DNA of 64,000 nucleotides from Eledone cirrhosa (lineage: Eukaryota). Location: positions 78,802,001-78,866,000 of the forward strand of contig OZ024746.1 in the NCBI GenBank assembly GCA_964016885.1. Direction: 5' to 3'. A program made the translations under genes and the position numbers. The first letter of the stretch is position 1, and every line of letters begins with the position of its first letter. The notes under the pieces are model-generated. The model was not told the origin of the DNA. It saw nothing but the letters and a program-made list of their open reading frames with translations, and searched no databases. Positions 54,643-64,000 of this stretch are shown piece by piece.

Positions 54643-55240
54643 TTAAGTTATTTTATAGTGAGAGAATTTAGCTTTTAGTTTGTGGTTGCAGTATAATGAT
54701 CGTTCAATTCTATCGTTAAGTAGTTTATTTTTGGATTTTAATATGTAAAAGAGTTCAAGGTTACATAACCTACAGTACTTCAATCCACTCCGATATGCAC
54801 TTGCGCTGGAAAGTATATCCCATTTTAAGGTGAACTGTTGGTTGCGTTCACGGAGTTGCCAGGTCTTGTTGGCGAGCGTGGTCACAAAACAGTGATCAGG
54901 ATGTTTGATTGAGAATCGATGACCGTACCAGCGAGATTTAAACGAGGTGGTGGTAGATCCGATGTAATACCATTTCTGGTCGTTCGATTCAACCGTGCAT
55001 TGGTAAACAATGTTGGACTTTAGGCATTCATTCTTCAATGGACATCTTTCAGGTAAATGGCAGTTACATTTTTTGTTGTGGGTAGCGGGTATACCATGGA
55101 TAGGTTGTGATAGCAGTACAGGTGGGTTGTGTAATACCCGTCTCCCATTTAGTGGTTGGGAGGCAGATATTACGTTCTGCCCATCTGTTACCAAAATATT
55201 TTGTTTTGTAGTGTTGTTTAATTGCTTTAAGTTAAGTTTT
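54643..55240 (-). CDS. GIY-YIG endonuclease domain (C-terminus) of a Penelope-like element polyprotein; no native start
   Basis: CNC-x5-CPL-x3-C, then NIVYQC...YYIGST...FKSRWYGH...W.IL...CRLCNLE...LLNDR.E...CNH, i.e. GIY/YIG strands with conserved R, E, N. The frame stays open upstream to the (TA)n, so it is 5'-truncated. Confidence 0.9.
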
Positions 55241-55535
55241 TATATATATATATATGTATATATATATGTATATATACGATAAACGTAATTTCTATTTATA
55301 TTACAATTAGTAAATACATACATAAATACATATATATATATATACAGAGTGGGTCCTAATTACATTCTTTTGTACCAGCCAATTAGTGCAGAAGGTCATT
55401 TCAAATATGACTTTATACACTGCCTTTGTATTATTTTTAAATAAATAAATAAATAAATAAAAATAAATAAATAAATGAATCATTATTTTATAGTAAAGTG
55501 CAACGTCAAGGGTTTCTATTTTTATTCACACACAC

Positions 55536-55602
<67 letters not shown>

Positions 55603-55751
55603 CACACACACACATATGTATATATTATATATATATACATACATATATATATAAATAAATATATATATACATATATGTATACATAAATATATATATATAG
55701 ATAGATATAGAGAGAGAAATAAAGTTATATATATACATATACATATACGAT

Positions 55752-55806
<55 letters not shown>

Positions 55807-55965
55807 ATAAATATATATATATATATACATATATATATAAATAAATATATATATACATATATGTATACATAAATATATATATATAGATAGATATAGATGT
55901 ATAATACATGTATATATATAGAGAGAGAGAAATAAAGTTATATATATATACATATACATATACGA

Positions 55966-56030
<65 letters not shown>

Positions 56031-56031
<1 letters not shown>

Positions 56032-56232
56032 GTTATTCCGGGTTGAATCGGAGGTAACCACAGTAAGTAAGGTACTCAATACATTGCAGAGTATAAAAGT
56101 TTTAATATAGATGAGATTCTACAGGACTAGAACTGTTTCATTCTTTAGAAATATTCAGGAATCATGACATTCCTGATGATTTCTAAAGAATGAAACAGTT
56201 CTAGTCCTGTAGAATCTCATCTATATTAAAAC
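56031..56232. mobile_element. Family C head-to-head palindromic element (long arm on minus)
   Basis: Arms ~56099-56163 and ~56169-56232 are inverted; tail GTACTCAATA at 56072; TA on both sides. Confidence 0.85.
56164..56220 (+). ncRNA. Family C type I hammerhead with canonical core
   Basis: ATGAcATTC-CTGATGA(56173-79)-TTTC-taaa-GAAT-GAAA-CAG-ttCTAGtc-CTG-TA/GAATcTCAT. Stem I 8 of 9 bp, GUA site. The opposite-strand twin (56115-56163) has a mutated core CTGAATA. Confidence 0.8.
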
Positions 56233-56303
56233 TATATATATATATATATATATATATATGCATAGCTGCAGCCAGAGCTTCGATTATACTGAACTTCCAT
56301 TTG

Positions 56304-56524
<221 letters not shown>

Positions 56525-56548
56525 TACTTGTGCGTAATGTGAATGCAC

Positions 56549-56578
<30 letters not shown>

Positions 56579-56582
<4 letters not shown>

Positions 56583-56789
56583 TTAATATAGATGAGATTC
56601 TACAGGACTAGAACTGTTTCATTCTTTAGAAATCATCAGGAATCAGGAGATTCAGGAGATTCTTGATGATTTCTAAAGAATGAAACAGTTCTAGTCCTGT
56701 AGAATCTCATCTATATTAAAACTTTTATACTCTGCAATGTATTGAGTACCTTACTTACTGTGGTTACCTCCCATTCAACCCGGAATAAC

Positions 56790-56790
<1 letters not shown>
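56579..56790. mobile_element. Family C head-to-head palindromic element (long arm on plus) with two hammerheads
   Basis: Minus HHR 56596-56644 (CTGATGA, 5-bp stem I) and plus HHR 56656-56708 (TTGATGA, 7-bp stem I GAGATTC/GAATCTC); tail TATTGAGTAC at 56740. Confidence 0.85.
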
Positions 56791-56882
<92 letters not shown>

Positions 56883-56955
56883 TGTATATATATATATATA
56901 TATATACATATATGTATATATATATATATATATATACATATATGTATATATATAT

Positions 56956-57052
<97 letters not shown>

Positions 57053-57161
57053 TACATACATTCACATTACGCACGCGTATATATGTGTTTATGTGTGTAC
57101 TTGTGGTGTTTGTCTGTATTTATTTATTCAACTGATTACATGCTCTAACGGATTCACTGCA

Positions 57162-58136
57162 ACTACACCGCCCCCACCGCCTCCACCACCTACACCACCT
57201 ACACCGGCTACACCACCTACACCGCCTACACCACCAACACCGCCTACACCACCTCCACCACCTACACCGCCTACACCACCCATACCACCTACACACCGCC
57301 CCCACCGCCTCCACCACCTACACCACCTACACCGCCTACACCACCCACACCACCTACACCACCTACACCACCTACACCGCCTACACCACCTACACCGCCT
57401 ACACCACCCATACCACCTACACCACCTCCACCACCTACACCGCCTACACCACCCATACCACCTACACACCGCCCCCACCACCTCCACCACCTCCACCACC
57501 TACACCGCCTACACCACCCATACCACCTACACACCGCCCCCACCGCCTACACCACCTACACCACCCACACCACCTACACCACCTACACCACCCATACCAC
57601 CTACACCACCAACACCACCTACACCACCCACACCACCTACACCGCCTACACCACCTACACCACCTACACCACCAACACCACCTACACCGCCTACACCACC
57701 TACACCACCTACACCACCAACACCACCTACACCGCCTACACCGCCTCCACCACCCATACCACCTACACCACCAACACCACCAACACCGCCTCCACCACCC
57801 ATACCACCTACACCACCAACACCACCTACACCACCTACACCACCAACACCACCTACACCACCTACACCACCCACACCACCTACACCACCAACACCACCTA
57901 CACCGCCTACACCACCCATACCACCTACACCACCAACACCGCCTACACCACCCATACCACCTACACCACCAACACCACCTACACCGCCTACACCACCTAC
58001 ACCACCTACACCACCAACACCGCCTACACCGCCTACACCGCCTCCACCACCCATACCACCTACACCACCAACACCGCCTACACCGCCTACACCACCCATA
58101 CCACCTACACCACCAACACCGCCTACACCGCCTACA
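57162..58136. repeat. 9-bp (CCTACACCA)n-type minisatellite
   Basis: Direct reading. Confidence 0.95.
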
Positions 58137-59338
58137 TTACTTACAACGTATTTAATATCTTGTTGCAGTTTCCATGTATGAGGCTGTTAATTCCTTTGTG
58201 AACAACATATCCATCCAAACATGGCATCCTCTCCTGAGAGCTGATCCGCATGCATGAAACTAATATTTACCGTTGGCTTTTTATTACATATTACATTATC
58301 TACATGCAGCTATGTGTATGTAGGAGCTAAAGGAAGAGGTTCACGTGTAAATATCTCTATATATGAGGTCTATATAAAACTTCATGCCCTCTTTCAGCAA
58401 TTAGAAATGTTTGTGTATGTATGTATGTATGTATGTATGTATGTGTGTATGTGTGTATGTGTGTATGTGTGTATGTGTGTATGTATGTGTGTATGTGTGT
58501 ATGTATGTATGTGTGTATGTATGTGTATGTATGTGTATGTATGTATGTGTGTATGTATGTATGTATGTATGTATGTATGTATGTATGTATGTATGTGTGT
58601 GAAGGACCCCTAGCCTTTGTCAGGGCATTCTTCTAGGAGAAGACAACTCAGGAAACTGGGATAATTCCGATATAAAACCTGCGGCTCAGTAGTTACCGAT
58701 GATGTTGATCTTTTCTTCTTTTCGGGTTATATCTACTGTCGCTCAGAGAGTGGGATTGGCTCAGTGCACAGTCTTTCGTCACTTTAAAAAAATCTTCACG
58801 CACAGGCATTGCACGATAGAATTAATTAATTATTATTAATAATGGTATATCGTGCAATGGCCATACTCGATAACGAGGGGAAAGTCATCATCATGTGTGT
58901 ATGTAAGTACGTACGTTCGAATGTATGTATGCATGCATGTATGTATGTATGCATGCATGTATGTATGTATGTCTATATATATGTGTATGTATGTATGTCT
59001 ATATATGTGTATGTGTGTATTTATGCTTGTATGTACATACGTGTACATATATTATATATGATATATATATTCGTATATGTATGTATATATTATATATGTA
59101 TATATTAGTATTATATTATATATGTATATATATATATATTATACATATATATATATTCGTATATATATATGTGTATATTTGTGCGCGTTATGTACGCGTG
59201 TATTTATGAATGTGTACCCACACACATACACACACAGACATATACATATATATATATGTATATATATATACGTGTGTATATGTGTATACATTTCTCCACG
59301 CTGTGTCATTTCCTATTATACAATACAATGAGTCCATC

Positions 59339-59607
59339 GTCCCTATATGATCCTCTATCACTTTGTTCTACACTATTTCTTGATGTATGTGTACACATAT
59401 GATGAACAGACCGACGAGATACACTATTTCAGCGCCTTCGTAACTGCCCATATGTATATCACGAACGTATTTGTCCCTATATCATCCTCTATCACTTTGT
59501 TCTACACTATTTCTTGATGTATGTGTACACATATGATGAACAGACCGACGAGATACACTATTTCAGCGCCTTCGTAACAGCCCATATGTATATCACGAAC
59601 GTATTTG
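59339..59607. repeat. Recent 134-bp tandem duplication
   Basis: GTCCCTATAT starts at 59339 and 59473; the copies differ at ~2 positions. Confidence 0.9.
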
Positions 59608-60427
59608 AGATATTTATCTGCCCGTCTTTCTTCATTTATGTATGAACGTATCAATAAGTACCCATCAGTGTGCATGTGTGTACATGCATTTATGTTATGT
59701 GTGTGCACTCATATATTGCGTGTTGTGTATGTCTTCTGTGTTGTCTTGGTATATAATTGCTTGGACATATGTGTATATTTGGCCCCCTGAAAGAGCATGG
59801 TTTAGTGGATGTTGTATGCGGCTTACGATCATAAGGGTGGTAGTACTCGGTACATGATGGGTTGCAGAATGACTATAGTTAAAAGGTCAACATCTCATCA
59901 GTAGTTGAAACCTGCGTGCAAGTGTGTGTGTGTGTATGTCTGTGCACGTATTTGTGTGTGCGCGTTGTATGTTCGTCTGCGTGTGTCTGTCTATATGTCT
60001 TTGTATGCGTATGTGCCAGACAGAAAGAGAGAGTGTATGTGTGTGTGAGGGGGAGAGAGAGAGAGATAGAGAGTGAGAGAAAAAATAAGTACGTATATGT
60101 CTAAAATAAGCGCATGATTCCATTATAAATATGAGCGAGTATATCTCTTCCAGCCGAGAGGTTGAGGCCATGCTGGGCCACCATACATAGAAGAGAGAGA
60201 GAGAAAGAAAGAGAGAGGGAGAGAAAGAGAGAGAGAAAGAAAATAAGAGAGAGAAGGAAAGAGAGAAACAAAGTAAGAGAGAGAAGGAGAGAGACTATAT
60301 ATAGGATGTAAAATATTCGATCACCCATAGAGTTGCAAGCAAACGTGCACATCAGAAACTGCATATTAATATATCAAAGTGTCTGCCTGTATTTATATAT
60401 CTATATCTATATACATATATACATACA

Positions 60428-60494
<67 letters not shown>

Positions 60495-60505
60495 GCCTGT
60501 CTCTG

Positions 60506-60557
<52 letters not shown>

Positions 60558-60589
60558 CACATATACATATATATATATATATATGTATG

Positions 60590-60690
<101 letters not shown>

Positions 60691-60724
60691 ATATATATAT
60701 GTATATATATATACATATATATAC

Positions 60725-60770
<46 letters not shown>

Positions 60771-60787
60771 GTATATGTATATTTGAT

Positions 60788-60839
<52 letters not shown>

Positions 60840-61284
60840 ACTATCTATCTATCTGTCTGTCTCTCTATCTATATATCTATCTGTCTGTCTGTCCATCTAT
60901 ATATCTATCTGTCTGTCTCTCTATCTATATATCTATCTGTCTGTCTCTCTATCTATATATCTATCTATCTATCTATCTATCTGTCTCTCTATCTATATAT
61001 CTATCTGTCTCTCTATCTATATATCTATCTGTCTGTCCATCTATATATCTATCTATCTGTCTGTCTATCTATGTCCCTTGACATCAAAGCTTAATATTTG
61101 ATAGAAGCCTAGGGAAAATTTGATAGCAGAATAATTGCATGTATTGAATAAGCAAGTAAGAGATAATCGTTAGAATTTAGGTATTGTTAAAATATATTTC
61201 CTACCTATCATTCACGTTAGTGTATATGTCACCGCTCCAGACACCACCATCGTTCTAGAACATTCTACACCACCTCTCCACAAT

Positions 61285-63395
61285 ATTCGACAAACATCAC
61301 CACCACCATCATCACAACTACCCCGACAAACGCCGCCACCACAACTACCATCACCACCACCATCATCATCACAACTACCCCGACAAACGCCGCCAACACA
61401 ACTACCATCACCACCACCATCATCATCACAACTACCCCGACAAACGCCGCCACCACAACTACCATCACCACCACCATCATCATCACAACTACCCCGACAA
61501 ACGCCGCCACCACAACTACCATCATCATCACCATCATCATCACATCTACGCCGACAAACGCCGCCACCACAACTACCATCACCATCACCACCATCATCAC
61601 AACTACCCCGACAAACGCCGCCACCACAACTACCATCATCACCACCATCATCATCACAACTACCCCGACAAACGCCGCCACCACAACTACCATCACCACC
61701 ACCATCATCATCACAACTACCCCGACAAACGCCGCCACCACAACTACCATCACCACCACCATCATCATCACAACTACCTCGACAAACGCCTCAACCACAA
61801 CTACCATCATCATCACCATCATCATCACAACTACCCCGACAAACGCCGCCACCACAACTACCATCATCATCACCATCATCATCACAACTACCCCGACAAA
61901 CGCCGCCACCACAACTACCATCATCATCACCATCATCATCACAACTACCCCGACAAACGCCGCCACCACAACTACCATCACCACCACCATCATCATCACA
62001 ACTACCCCGACAAACGCCGCCACCACAACTACCATCATCATCACCATCATCATCACAACTACCCCGACAAACGCCGCCACCACAACTACCATCACCATCA
62101 CCATCATCATCACAACTACCCCGACAAACGCCGCCACCACAACTACCATCACCTCCACCATCATCACAACTACCCCGACAAACGCCGCCACCACAACTAC
62201 CATCACCACCACCACCACCATCATCACAACTACCCCGACAAACGCCGCCACCACAACTACCATCACCACCACCATCATCATCACAACTACCCCGACAAAC
62301 GCCGCCACCACAACTACCATCACCACCACCATCATCATCACAACTACCCCGACAAACGCCGCCACCACAACTACCATCACCACCACCATTATCACAACTA
62401 CCCCGACAAACACCGCCACCACAACTACCATCACCACCACCACCATCATCATCACAACTACCCCGACAAACACCGCCACCACAACTACCATCACCACCAC
62501 CACCATCATCATCACAACTACCCCGACAAACACCGCCACCACAACTACCATCACCACCATCATTATCATCACAACTACCCCGACAAACGCCGCCACCACA
62601 ACTACCATCACCACCACCACAACTACCCCGACAAACGCCGCCACCACAACTACCATCACCATCACCATCATCACAACTACCCCGACAAACACCGCCACCA
62701 CAACAACCATCATCACCACCACCATCATCACAACTACCCCGACAAACACCGCCACCACAACTACCATCACCATCACCATCATCACAACTACCCCGACAAA
62801 CACCGCCACCACAACTACCATCACCACCATCATCATCACAACTACCCCGACAAACGCCGCCACCACAACTACCATCACCATCACCATCATCACAACTACC
62901 CCGACAAACACCGCCACCACAACTACCATCACCACCACCACCATCATCACAACTACCCCGACAAACGCCGCCACCACAACTACTATCACCACCACCACCA
63001 CCATCACAACTACCCCGACAAACGCCGCCACCACAACAACCATCACCACCACCATCATCATCACAACTACCCCGACAAACACCGCCACCACAACTACCAT
63101 CACCACCACCATCATCATCACAACTACCCCGACAAACGCCGCCACCACAACTACCATCACCACCACCATCATCACAACTACCCCGACAAACGCCGCCACC
63201 ACAACTACTATCACCACCACCACCATCATCACAACTACCCCGACAAACGCCGCCACCACAACTACCATCACCACCACCACCATCATCACAACTACCCCGA
63301 CAAACGCCGCCACCACAACTACCACCACCATCACCATCACTACCACAACTACCATCACCACCATCATCACCATCACCACGACAAACACCGCCACC
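61285..63395. repeat. ~57-60-bp minisatellite (ACAACTACCCCGACAAACGCCGCCACCACAACTACCATC...), about 36 copies
   Basis: Direct reading. Confidence 0.95.
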
Positions 63396-63572
63396 ACCGC
63401 TACATATTAGTCAGATACTCCGACCCACTCATCCTCTATCACCACCACTGCTGTGCTGTTGCTATATCACCGCCGCCGCCGCCATTAGACAACATTTGAC
63501 TGACCCCCCCTCCCACCACCACCACCGCCACCACCACCGCTACCGACACTACTATCATTCGGGAACATTCGT

Positions 63573-63603
<31 letters not shown>

Positions 63604-64000
63604 TCATCACCTCAACCATCACCACTATCACCATAATCATCGCCACCACCACTACCACTTCAACCACCACCACCACCACCATCACCGCACCCACCACCAC
63701 CACGACTACAATCACCACAAATTCTATCAACACCACCACCACCACCATCACTTCAACCACTACCCTTAACCACCGCCACCACCACTACCACGGCCACCTC
63801 AATCACCACCACCACCACCACCACCACCACCGCCACCACCACCACCACCACCACCACCGCCACCACCACCACCACCACAACCACCGCACCCAGCACCACG
63901 ACTACAATCACCACAAATTCTATCAACACCACCACCACCACCATCACTTCAACCACTACCCTTAACCACCGCCACCACCACTACCACGGGCCACCTCAAT

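Larger units (their letters stand above)
53831..55240 (-). mobile_element. 5'-truncated Penelope-like retroelement (GIY-YIG ORF, 3' UTR, hammerhead, tail) between (TA)n tracts
   Basis: Co-oriented GIY-YIG ORF, hammerhead at 54018-54141 and CGTTGAGTAACC motif at 53901-12; (TA)n at both ends. Confidence 0.9.

Noticed and set aside
58605-58815. Possible LINE 5' UTR with an HDV-like ribozyme
   Set aside because: It resembles a dispersed repeat, but I could not build the nested double pseudoknot by eye.
59840-59910. Minus-strand CTGATGA followed by a hairpin
   Set aside because: No GAAA or stem III at the required position.

Overview
Eukaryotic, gene-poor, very microsatellite-rich DNA. The SINE families and (TA)n/(CA)n/(ACC)n load suggest an Octopus-like coleoid cephalopod (inference). 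I find no convincing host protein-coding exon, and nearly all long ORFs in the track are translations of simple repeats. Recognisable coding remnants are all retroelements: an R4/Dong-type restriction-like endonuclease end (3-353), an RTE (Rex3/Expander-like) 3' end with a (GAA)n tail (16861-17583), and a Penelope-like element (PLE) GIY-YIG endonuclease ORF (54643-55240, minus). The main hidden signal lies in the short unique islands between (TA)n tracts. Read by eye on both strands, they hold about 16 type-I hammerhead ribozyme (HHR) motifs, intact or lightly mutated, from roughly ten unrelated sequence families, plus many half-motifs. Many sit in head-to-head palindromes with family-fixed breakpoints. 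Several families share a YTGAGTAC-like motif 20-70 nt from the 3' end, and there are unusual variants (57-99 nt stem II, U-U at the base of stem II, variant cores). The PLE-hammerhead link is established knowledge; the diversity, density, variants and insertion geometry here deserve follow-up. Structures were paired by hand, not computed, and SINE and satellite boundaries are approximate.
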